Shown here one piece after another: positions 52,649 through 64,000 of a DNA stretch of 64,000 nucleotides (the stretch's first letter is position 1; every line of letters starts with the position of its first letter). The notes below the pieces were generated by a model that had not been told where the DNA came from, ran no database searches, and saw only the letters and a program-made list of their open reading frames with translations. The position numbers and the translations under genes were made by a program. Location: contig NC_068984.1 of assembly GCF_001194135.2 (NCBI RefSeq), forward strand, positions 24,250,325-24,314,324. The letters are read 5' to 3'. This stretch comes from Octopus bimaculoides (lineage: Eukaryota).

Positions 52649-53044
52649 TTAAAAGTATTTTAATTGTATGGATAGAGAATGAAGGCCAGTAAACAACGAC
52701 CTTGCAAAGAGTAAGGAAGAACTACTCAAATATACTTATTAGAACTAAGAATTATTTGTACCGAACTAGAAGAGTAGAAAGCATACTAAAGTAGGATAAT
52801 TTGACAAGGAATGGAAGAGCAAGATGAAATGTAGTTAGATGGACAGTTCCACAGAAACTCCAAAAATGTGAAAAGACTGATTATGAAAGTGACTCTGAAG
52901 GGGAGAAAATAAAAGAGTAAAAGAGAGAACGATGAAGGTTGCTCAAGATGAACGTCTAAATGTTAATTCAGTAAATAAGGATAATTTTCTCCATTATTTC
53001 AATAAATAAGTGTCACCTTTGTAATCCGCAAGTAGAAAACATCA

Positions 53045-53492
53045 ACTGTGGAGGGAACCTATGGAAGAGGTAGACCCAGGATGACATGGGATGAGGTGGT
53101 AAAATATGATCTTTTGATGCTGAGTCTCACAGAGGCGATAACAAGTGACTGAAACTTTTGGTGATTTGCTGAGCTTGAGAAGACACATTAAGTTAAGTGA
53201 AATCAAAGTCATAGCCAGTGCTGGTGACATGTGAAAGTCGTTCATGCTGGTGACATGTAAAAGGTACTAGTGCCACTGACAGGTAAAAGGCACCGGTGCT
53301 GGTGACACATAAAAGGCACCCATGCCAGTGACATGTAGAAAACACCCAGTACACTGTGGAGTGGCTGGCATTAGGAAGGGCACCCAACCATTGAAACCAA
53401 GCCAAAACAGACTGAAGCCTGGTGCAGCTCTCTGGCATACTAGTTCCAGTTAACCCAGCTTCCATGCCAGCATGGAAGATGGATGCTAAATG
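53045..53492 (+). mobile_element. RTE-clade LINE 3' end (ORF2 C-terminus plus 3' UTR)
   Basis: VEGTYGRGRPRMTWDEVVKYDL..L.LTE...SD*..W..A.LEK (RTE GxRxRGRPRKTW motif, with stops), followed by the family B tail. Confidence 0.85.
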
Positions 53493-53852
53493 TATGTATG
53501 TTATCAATCAGTTTCATTTCTGTATTTCTTGTCAATAGAGAAAGAGCCGGACTCTAACATAGATTCAAAGCTCCTTCATTGGAACTTTTATCAACATCAT
53601 CTAGGTATTTGTGCATTAGTGTGTGTGTGTGCAGTATTTGGTGTTAGTGTATGCGCAGATTTGTATGTATGTTTTATGGATGCGTTTTTATGTATATATT
53701 TTCACGTCTAGGCGTATGCATATGTATTTATGCGCAGATTTGTATGTTTGTTTTATGGATGCGTTTTTATGTATATATTTTCATGTCTAGATGCATGCAT
53801 ATGTATGTATGTATGTATGTATGTATCTTCCAGCATGGAAGATGGATGCTAA

Positions 53853-53899
<47 letters not shown>

Positions 53900-54062
53900 A
53901 GTAGCAGGTTGAAAAATGTTAGCTGAGAAAGAATACCAAGAAGTAACATGATGAGGCTTGTCTTAACTTACACTGGTCACTTTTAAAAATTTGGCTACAA
54001 GACTTCAAGAAAGTGGCAGTCATGTATTAGAAAAAACTCCTAAATGAACTTGGTAAACCAAA

Positions 54063-54170
54063 AAATTTCTGCGGAATTTTGTTATCCAGTCAGACAGAAT
54101 AACTGAATACCATAGACCAGATATCATTACACAATGACGTAAATAAGAGAAAATGCTTCCATTGAGATGT
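54063..54170 (+). mobile_element. Restriction-like endonuclease remnant of an R4/Dong-type non-LTR element
   Basis: KFLRNFVIQSDRITEYHRPDII.../KCFH*DV resembles KILWDFxIQTDxxIxxxRPDIVVxD...CxIIDV. Confidence 0.5.
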
Positions 54171-54429
54171 AAAGGTAATAATGTTAAGAGTAATGAAACA
54201 ACAACAAGAACAATAAAGTTAGTAATCCTTCCTCAGAGAATAAAAAGATAAAGAACCGGATAATTCGACAATTCTGTTCTATTTGAACAGTGTTATGTTT
54301 GTATTTGGACAGAAATAGAGGCTCCAGCTGAACCTCAGAGCTGAGCTGAAGACTAAAGATAGGATTTAGTATGTTGACAATCAGTGTAAATATATAAACA
54401 AGGAGGTTTAAGCACATCTTTGTAAATGA

Positions 54430-54471
54430 TGGTTGTGGTGGTGGTGGTGACGACAACAGTAGTGACGATGA

Positions 54472-54505
<34 letters not shown>

Positions 54506-54598
54506 GGTAATCATGAATGTTGTGATGATGATGATGATGATTAATCAACATTAATCAAGAGGTTGATCAGAATGATGCTCGTGGTGGTGATGTTATAG

Positions 54599-54634
<36 letters not shown>

Positions 54635-54890
54635 GTATGATAGCTTTAGTGATGAGGATGATAACGAAGACAACAACAATAAAGCATGAGGTGGGAGAGG
54701 GGGGCAGAAAATAATGGCATTGAGTTTGGTGGTGTAAACAATGATGACAAAGTTGATTTGAACAAAAGTATGTACAATGGTGATGATGATGATGATAACG
54801 ATGGTGATGGTGGCACATGTGGTAGTGCTAACAATGACTATGATGATGATGATGATGCTGATGATGATGTGGAAGACAGGGATGAAAAAT
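54430..54890. repeat. Degenerate (GAT)n/(GGT)n low-complexity tract
   Basis: Directly visible. Confidence 0.9.
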
Positions 54891-55076
54891 AACAATTAAT
54901 AATAGTACTAATACTAACAATAACATCACATCAACAAAACAAACACTAAACAAACAAGCAAAAGAAAAGCATTTCTAGGAAAAAAAAAATTATTTAATGA
55001 TTTGTCTTTTTCAACTTTTTGTTACTTTCTGAATTTCTCGTTACTATTTAAGTTGTTTATTTAATTCTGCTTAATT

Positions 55077-55154
<78 letters not shown>

Positions 55155-55219
55155 ATATCTTATATGTAAGTCTACTTGTGTACAAAGGAATGTGTGTACA
55201 CACACACACATCTTTATAG

Positions 55220-55254
<35 letters not shown>

Positions 55255-55946
55255 CAGATGCATACATGTGTAATGCTTGTTGATATGCTAATACATGCAT
55301 AAGTGTATGCAATTATGTGTGCACATGTCTGAGTGGATGTATATGTAAATATATTCATTATATATGAGCCTTTGAATATGTATGAGCCTAAATGTGTTTA
55401 TATACATATATATGAATATATACATACACCTATACACACACACACATACATAGATAGCTACATACAAAAACATACACACACACATACATATAGGCATGTA
55501 CATATACTGAAAGCATGCGTATGTGTGTGTATGTACATGTGTATTGTAAGTTAAGATAAAAGCCTGTGTTCATATGATGTATGATGCATTTTTTAACAAG
55601 TAAAACCATGAGTATTGATATTTAGGAATGGTGCCAAGTTTGCAGAGTCAAGCAAGTGAAGCATCAACTGTCTGTTGGGTTCTGTCCAGTGTTGCAAGCT
55701 TGTCTTCGCTAATGCATGTGGACATAGGGTATAACTTTTACATTTTGTGATAATAGCATCCCCATACCATCGTTAACAGAAGTTTGGGTTGGTGGAAGCG
55801 GTGGTCAGTGCGCTCGGAAGGTATTATGTGAGGTGTTAAGTTGTATTGGGAGGAGTGGTGGTGATGGTCGTAGTATTTGTGGTTATAATAGCAACAAAAT
55901 TCAAATGTAGCTGCACAGACACATGTGTATGTGCGTGTACATGTAT

Positions 55947-55979
<33 letters not shown>

Positions 55980-55989
55980 CATAAACATG

Positions 55990-56028
<39 letters not shown>

Positions 56029-56553
56029 TTATTATCATGTAATGTCTGTTGTCCATGCTGGCATGGGTTGGACAGTTTGACTGGCACGCTGGAAGACTCC
56101 AGTCTGATTTGGCATGGTTTTCTATGGCTGGATGCCCTTCCTAGCACTGACCACTTTGAGAATGTAGTGGGTGCTTTTACATGCCATGAGCACAGGTTCC
56201 ATTTGCATGACACTGGGGTGCATTTATGTGCCACCGACACGCCACATATACACACACACACACATATATATATATGTATATACATATCTATATCTATCTA
56301 TCTATCTATATATATATATNNNNNNNNNNNNNNNNNNNNNNNNNNNNNNNNNNNNNNNNNNNNNNNNNNNNNNNNNNNNNNNNNNNNNNNNNNNNNNNNN
56401 NNNNNNNNNNNNNNNNNNNNNNNNNNNNNNNNNNNNNNNNNNNNNNNNNNNNNNNNNNNNNNNNNNNNNNNNNNNNNNNNNNNNNNNNNNNNNNNNNNNN
56501 NNNNNNNNNNNNNNNNNNNNNNNNNNNNNNNNNNNNNNNNNNNNNNNNNNNNN

Positions 56554-56612
<59 letters not shown>

Positions 56613-56918
56613 TATATATATACATATACACATACATATATTTACATACATTCATATATATACATATATATTATATGCAGTTACATGCATATGTGTATTT
56701 TATTTTTGTACGTGTCTGTCTGTCTGTCTCTCCTCCTCTCTCCCTTCCATATATGTTGCTTTTATTTAATTTTGTTACTTTTTGTCTTCTTCACACCACA
56801 ACAAAGTTCAAATGTAACTACGCGCACACACACACACACACACACACATACACCCATATACATACATATATACAAACATACACACATACATGCATGCACA
56901 CATATTACATGCATGTGT

Positions 56919-56956
<38 letters not shown>

Positions 56957-57741
56957 ATATGTTGCTTTTGTTTAATTTTGTTGCTTTTTGTCCTCTCCAC
57001 ACCACAACAATTTTCCTTTGTACATTTAATGGCTATAATAATAATCAATTGGAATGGGTGAAGGAAAGCAATCAAAATAGAAATTTAAATATGATGTTAG
57101 CCAAGTGGTTTGACCACTGGTGTGAATTAAGAGGGATAGGTGCATCTGACAATGTTCCAGAACAGATTAGTGATCACTGCTGCAGTGCTTCAATAGCCCC
57201 TCAATCTATCATCGTTATGTCCTAGTTTCAGATCCCAAGAGAGACCAGCTTTTACTGCTAATGTCCTTGAGAAAAGCATTAATGCTACCCTGCAATGTCT
57301 AAATAAAACGACAATACTTTAGTACAGGCTAACACTTCATGTTAGTTTAGGAGCTCATAATCTTTTCTACTCTAGGCAAAAGGCCTGAAATTTTTTGGTG
57401 GGGTGCAGTTGATTAAATGGACCCCAGTACACAACTGGTACTTAATTTATCGACCCCCAAAAGGATGAAAGGCAAAGTCGACCTCAGCAGAATTTGAGCT
57501 CAGAAGGTAGAATTACTTACATCAGTGGCATAGCGAGCATGTGTGCCAGCCAGGGAAGCCCTGAAATTTTCACCCTGCCCTCTATATAGGCTTATACAGC
57601 AGACCTAAATGTGTTGCCTCCATAAAACCTTCACTCAGGGCAAACTGTTCCCCATGTCCCATTCCTGACACTCTACAACCATATGTCCACTTTGGACAGA
57701 TTTAAGTAACATCAGCTTCTGTGTAATATGTTCAAATTGTA

Positions 57742-58190
57742 AGGTGGTGAGCTGGCAGAAACGTTAGCACACCGGGCGAAATGCTTTGCGGTATTTCATC
57801 TGCCGCTATGTTCTGAGTTCAAATTCCGCTGAGGTCGACTTTGCCTTTCATCCTTTGGGGGTCGATTAAATAAGTACCAGTTACGCACTGGGGTTGATAT
57901 AATCGACTTAATCCGTTTGTCTGTCCTTGTTTGTCCCCTCTGTGTGTAGCCCCTTGTGGGCAATAAAGAAATAAGAAACGTTAGAACACTGGGCAAAATG
58001 CTTAGCAGTATTTTGTCTGTCTTTACGTTCTGAGTTCAAATTTTGCCGAGGTCAACTTTGCCTTTCGTCCTTTCGGGGTCGATAAATTAAGTACCAGTTG
58101 CATACTGAGGTTAATCTAATTAACTGTCCCCCCACCCCACCCAAAAATTTCGGGCCTTGTGCCTAGAGCAGAAAAGAATATGTTCATACA
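57742..58190 (+). mobile_element. SINE family C dimer (full copy plus second partial copy)
   Basis: GGTGGTGAGCTGGCAGAAACGTTAGCAC...CTGAGTTCAAATTCC...TTTGCCTTTCATCCTTTGGGGGTCGA, restarting at AAACGTTAG near 57975. Confidence 0.85.
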
Positions 58191-58214
58191 GTGAATAAAT
58201 AGCATCCTTTCTTT

Positions 58215-58635
58215 TTATCTTTTATCTTTTGCTCGTTTCAGTCATTAGACTATGGCCAAGCTGGGGCACCGCCTTGAAGAATTTTAGTTGAATAAATCGA
58301 CCCCAGTACTTATTATTGTTTGTAAAGCCAGGCACTTATTCTATAGGCTTCTTTTGCTAAAATACTAAGTTACAGAGACGTAAACACACTAACACCAGTT
58401 GTCAAGCAGCAGGAGGGAACAAACACACTAACACACACACACACACACACATGCATGCACGCACACACATAACAGGCTTCTTTTATTCTTTCAGTTTCAG
58501 TCTCTCAAATTCACTTACAAGGCTTTGATCAGCTTAACGCTAAAGTTGAAGACACTTGCCCGAGGTGTTACACAGTGGGACTGAACCTCAAACTATGTAG
58601 TTGGGATGCAAACTTCTTACCACTCAGCCACAAAT
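58215..58635 (-). mobile_element. SINE family A copy
   Basis: Reverse complement of family A from tail to head. Confidence 0.8.
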
Positions 58636-59865
58636 GCACCTTTCCGATACAAAAAAAAACAGAAGTTTTAAAGAGCCTCTATAGAGTCACTAGAATATGA
58701 CCAATGTAATTTAATTATGCAGTGCCTGAAAGAAGGACAAGATTACCATAGTTGGAATGTGTTTTATAAGAGTTCTGCTCAACTAGGGTTGATCTAGAGC
58801 AGGGCTAAACAACTATAACTTCAGTTAGAAGTATTATTATTGGTTTTTCAGGTTACGTATAATGTCCTTACATGAGTCTTTATGAACATAGAGGTTGAAT
58901 GTCTTTCCTTGTACAGCACTGAAGCCATGCTTATCTTGCCTCAGTTGGAGACATACTGACTTTGGTTTTAGCTTGCCTCAAATATTTGGTGTTATTTTGG
59001 AGATCACAGGGAAGTATCTGCAAGATATCTTCTGTGAAAATACGTCCACTGATTGTGGCAATATTACCTTGCTTGGAAACAGGTGACGTTTAGCAACAGG
59101 AAAGGCATTCAGCTGTAGAAAATTAGCCTCAACAAATTTTGCCTAATCAATGCAAGCATGGGAAAGTGGACACAAAAAAAAAAACATGATGATGATAATG
59201 ATAATAGTGTTCATATGGAGTCAAGTGATCATATAAAGCTTGTAACAATCATAAAATTATTATAAATGTGTGCTGGAAATAAGAGCAGTGATGGAAGAAC
59301 GGCCAGTTTGCAGTATTGCTTCCATCATCACCGCATTAACTCATACATTAGCGATGTTCTTTTGCCCATGGGACCATAAGACAGCAGTACTACATGCTAA
59401 TGAAATACTCATAAATTATACACTCTCCTTGCAATTTACAGATGTAGACAGTATCGTGTGGTTTGATGGAATGGGTTATCAATAGTTGAGTGCCATTAAT
59501 GAGAACATAGCACAACATCAGTGAAGGGATATGAACTGTCAACTTCTTTTATATTGCAGTCTGTTAGTTTGTTGTAGCTCAATAGAAACATCATTATCAT
59601 CATCGGTCTTTTTTGTCTTTTTTTTTTTTTTGTCTGCTTTCAATGTTTGCATGGGTCAGACAAAATTTATTGAGGAACATTTTCTATATCTGGATGCCCT
59701 TCCTGTAGCCAACCCTCACCTGTTTCTCAGCAAGGTAATATTTCCCCATCAGAGGACATATTTTCACAGAAGACTAGAAATGAAGGACACTGTGTATGAT
59801 AGTGACACTTGCTTAAAACCATCACATGATGTCAAGACAAGGAGATACAAACACATGCACACACT

Positions 59866-60248
59866 GGCAATCCATCGGTTAGAACAACAAGGGCTCCAGT
59901 TGATCCAATCAACAGAACACCCTGCTCATGAAGTTAACATGCTAGTGGCTGAGCACTCACAGACATATGTACCCTTAACCCTTTAGCATTTAAACTGGAT
60001 ATTCAGCATGACACAGTGTGACAAGGCTGACCCTTTGAATTACAGGTACAACAGAAACAGGAAGTAAGAGTGAGAGAAAGTTGTGGTGAAAGAGTACAGC
60101 AGGGTTCGCCACCATCCTCTGCTGGAGCCTCATGGAGCTTTAGGTGTTTTCGTTCAATAAACACTCACAACGCCCGGTCTGGGAATCGAAACCGCGATCC
60201 TATGACCGCGAGTCCGCTGCCCTAACCACTGGGCCATTGCGCCTCCAC
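59866..60248 (-). mobile_element. SINE family D copy with an embedded MITE terminus
   Basis: Reverse complement of 10880-11262; 59979-59997 is replaced by CCCTTTAGCATTTAAACTG. Confidence 0.85.
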
Positions 60249-60639
60249 TATCACCATGTCTACACCTATACTAAAGCATACACCAAAAACAATTCATAGA
60301 TTTTACAATAAAATTTAGTTATTTTATTTAATAATTTACATGAACTAATTTCAAACATGATTGAAGTTTTAAATCGGGAAAGTAGACAATGCAATGAAAT
60401 TAATTACTTTGTGTATTAAAAACATAAAATTTTCATACATTCACAATATAAACGTATAAGTGCAAGAACCCTACAAAGCAGCAAGTTCCAGTAGAAAATG
60501 TCAATTTAGTCACACACACACACACACACACACCGGTGTAGTTGCTATTATCTCCATTCTCAAAAAATTCTTTTAATGTCTGCAAGTTAACATGTCTCTG
60601 ATGTATGAGAGCATTACAAAATTTTATGCATATGTGGCT

Positions 60640-61010
60640 GTGTGGATAGGCAAAGTCAAGGTGGTTCAAAAGATTGCTTCCCAACCATGTGGTCTTGGGT
60701 TCATTCCCACTGAGTGGCACATGGGGCAAGTGTCTGCCACTACAGCCTAAGTCAATGGAAATTGAAAGAAGCCTGTATATGTATGTGTGTACGTGTGTAT
60801 GTGTGTGTGTGTGTACGCACAGTGTGTGTCTGTGTTTGCCCCCCCTACCACTACTTGACAACTGGTGTTGGTTTGTTTACTGTCCTGTATTTCAGCACAG
60901 AGACTGATAGAATAAGTACCAGGCTTAAAAAATAAGCACTNNNNNNNNNNTAAACACTTCAAAGCAGTGCCCCAGGATGGACGCAGACCAAAGATTACAA
61001 GCAAAAAAAA
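60640..61010 (+). mobile_element. SINE family A copy (old)
   Basis: GGCTGTGTGG...GGGTTCATTCCCACTG...CTTGACAACTGGTGTTGG...GATAGAATAAGTACCAGGCTT. Confidence 0.7.
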
Positions 61011-61580
61011 AAAAAGGGAAAAAAGTACAATCCGAAAGATGGCCAGGGCATGTTCCACATCTTTAAAATAAAATAAAAAAATTCTGCTAGAAGCTTCTTA
61101 TCAAAACAGTTACTCAATGAAAGTACAAGAGAAATGATGTTGTACTATGTAGTAAAGAACAAAAAATTATGCATTGTTATGAAGGTCAGCTGTCCAACAG
61201 CTGTTAATTTGTGTCATATGAAGGGAACTAATACAGCTTTTGAACCCAAATTATAGATATTTTTCTTTTTTTCTATGTCTCTCTAACTATTAATCCAATA
61301 AATTATATAACAAAATATTGATGTAATAAACACAAAAATAAAAACGTATTCTAATTAAACACAATAATATATAAATAAATAAAACAAGACACAGTATCAT
61401 ATGGCATAGATTGACTTAGTCTTGAAAAATTTGTAAAATATTTAAGATATCTTTAGTTTGAATTCACACACATATACAGACATATGCATGCACCTGTCTG
61501 CCTGTCTGTCTGTCTATCTGTCTATCTACCTATCTATCTATCTATCTATCTATCCCTCCCTCTCTATGCATATGTGTGTG

Positions 61581-61950
61581 TTTTTACTTCCGTCTTAGCA
61601 AAGGTGGAGGTATTGTTTGCAGTTGTGTTTGTTTGTTTGTCCATGGACAAGGTATCTCAAGAATCGCTGCATGAATTTGGATGAAACTTTCAGGGATGTT
61701 TGGCCTCATGACTGGCACAAACTGATTAGATTTTGGGATCGATGCTGTACCAAACAAGGATTCTGGATTATTTTTCCGGTTTTTTTACTTAATTTTTGAG
61801 AGCAGTCGGGTTCATTTTTAATATTCTTGTTTATGAGAGCAATCAAGTTTATTTCAGATATTCTCATTTTAAAAATCACCTCTGGTTAATCATTGAGAGG
61901 ATGTTGGTGTTACCTTGGCGGAGGTTTGTGCCCTCTGAGTGCTCTTGTTT
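61581..61950 (+). mobile_element. Helentron-associated non-autonomous element (HINE/DINE-1-like)
   Basis: T-run, 5' subTIR with local palindrome ACTTCCGTC-TTAGCAAA-GGTGGAGGT, 3' subTIR CCTTGGCGGAGGT, short hairpin GCCCTCTGAGTGC, then CTTGTTTT. Confidence 0.7.
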
Positions 61951-64000
61951 TATGTTTGTTTTTATGTCAAGTTATATGAAAGCAATTTAACATTAAACTG
62001 AAGGATCACTCAATACTTTTAGTAGAGTACATGTTTATTAAACATTTACAAGGCAAAGCTTAGCAGTGACGTTGAAGGATTTCTCTGATGATAATAAATG
62101 AGATTCTAGAGAAGTTGAATTGCATCTGCACTTTTTAAAACAAGAAATAACAACAGATGATTCTGTTACAGAGGTCATGAATAGCACACATAATAGACAA
62201 GTCTTAGTTTTCTGCGACAGAATACAAAATATGTAAAAAAAATTGTGTGTTAGCTGTCCACTGTATAGAAACAAACAAGTGATTGAACAAACAAGTGATT
62301 GAACAAACAATAATTGTACCATGGAGTACATAATTCAAAATATTCTTTTTAAACCTTTTCTTACTATATTTCTGTTGAAATACCTTACCTTTATTTCAAT
62401 TAATTTTGAAAATAATCAAGAATTTTGTCGTTATCAAACGACTTATTAATATTAATGCTTATTAATATAAAATGTTGATGGAATATTTTAATTTAGATAA
62501 TTTTAGAAAAGGAAGTTCACATAATGGAATCAGGAATGGTCTCAGACAGGTTCATGTTGAAAGGATTATGACAGTAAAGTGTAGTGGGTCAAAGGAGAAA
62601 TCAGTTGTTATTTCTAGCCAGTCATGCTGGCTGGAGATGCGAATTACATGTAAACTTAGAGCTTATGAATCTGAGAAAGTGAAAGATTATGGAAAAATGA
62701 GCAGCTGGTAGTGAGATATTGATGAATGCATACAACCTTGAATAGTTCAACTCTGATAGAAAAAAAAAATGATGAGAATGATGTATTATGGGCAATAAAA
62801 TGATATGAGTTGGGTAAGAGTAAGAGTAATGAGAGCAAAGACAAGCCATGAAAGCTCCAAACAATGTAGACATACAGCTGGAGACATGCTTTGCAGACAT
62901 GTTAGTCTGCAGACAATTGTCTGCTTATAATAAAAGGGCATGATTGTATCAGCTCCTGATAAAAATAATGACTCACAGAATGGAAACTGAAGTATTTAGC
63001 TTCTAGATCTTAGATTAGCATTAAAAAAGAAAAGAAAGAGAAAATCACCACTGAAAATGGTTAAATAGGTTCAGACACATTTATGAAATTTATTAAAAGC
63101 AAAAAAAAAAATGTAAAACAGAAAAAGTGGTCACTAGAAAATAGTGTTGTGTTAACACTAGTCTGATAGTTTGATATGTTAAAAGACAAATAAACAAAAA
63201 AGAAAAGATAAGCAGATAGAGAGATAGATGGAAACCTGGAGAGAGTGACATGTAAGAGAGAGAGAGAGGGGGTGAGAGAGATCACACAAAGAACAAAGAA
63301 AACAAAAACAATACATACACATAAATAGACAGACCCATATACACAGGAGTCAGTGTAAGTGAAAGAGATACATAGATAATAACATAGAAAGACTGAATAA
63401 TAATAGAATGATTAACTATATAAACTGTGTACATCTAGCTGCATAACAGACTGTTGGATGGGTGGACAGACATACAGACAGACAACCTACTCTTCTCATT
63501 CTGCTTGACTGCTTGACTGATTGGCTGCTTGGCTGCTTGGTTGATTGGATTAATCAATTGATCACTGGTTCAATGGATTGATAATTTTCTAATGCATAAA
63601 ATTTTTTTGGTAGAAATTTGTAAGCAAGAAAAAATTCGAGAACAGTTGCAGCAATAGACCACATGTAAGTAAATTTCATCAATGTCCATCAAATGAAAAA
63701 GATCACAATAATAAGTGAATAAACCTAATTGGTTTCACATAATTTCCTTCTGTTTATAAACTTATAAGCCTATTGGTAAATAAATCAATTCTATTTTATT
63801 TCATCATGGTTATCTATTTAAACAAAAAGAATAGATTTAATAATTGGCTCAGATCATTCAAATATTGACAGGTACCCCCTTCTCTTTTGACCAGACAAGA
63901 AAAGATATTGTGAAAGTTATGTAAATATTATTTGAGATTAATGAAGATATTATCAAAAGTTAATATAACTGGTGCAGATAATCAATAAAAAGCTTATTGG

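Larger units (their letters stand above)
600..60950. other. Multiple assembly gaps (N runs), mostly flanked by (AT)n, (AC)n or (AG)n microsatellites
   Basis: N runs near 600, 9578, 11876, 14910, 17445, 22664, 26399, 33468, 47945, 56320 and 60941; ORF calls spanning them are artefacts. Confidence 0.99.

Noticed and set aside
55740-55850. KLLLTMVWDAII resembling mariner KxMxTVFWD
   Set aside because: A single short motif only
342-57061. Long ORFs containing X runs or YI/HT/CV/RE repeats
   Set aside because: They result from N gaps and dinucleotide microsatellites
57525-57675. Possible hAT-type MITE (CAGTGGCATAGC start)
   Set aside because: No convincing right TIR or 8-bp TSD
59270-59485. 71-aa ORF or terminal exon DVDSIVWFDGMGYQ
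   Set aside because: No homology recognised and no supporting donor or poly(A) context

Overview
AT-rich, gapped eukaryotic sequence that looks like an octopus (coleoid cephalopod) genome. This is inferred from the SINE families, the RTE tails ending in (GAT)n and the 5S sequence. The window is intronic or intergenic and is made up mostly of tRNA-derived SINEs, 5'-truncated RTE LINE tails, MITEs, decayed LINE and DNA-transposon fragments and microsatellites, with assembly gaps next to (AT)n tracts. No complete protein-coding gene is visible. The only clean long domain-coding stretch is a Penelope-type GIY-YIG endonuclease (18383-18875, minus strand); there is also one weak 75-nt candidate host exon (20132-20206). 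The main points of interest are: a full-length 5S rRNA sequence with no terminator joined to a tRNA-derived SINE; several long inverted repeats, including a mismatch-free 77-bp hairpin and a ~970-bp modular foldback; a TGT...ACA element with a 4-bp TSD; and a degenerate Penelope-type hammerhead. I see no clear evidence of a wholly new multi-gene system. All alignments were done by eye and repeat boundaries are approximate.
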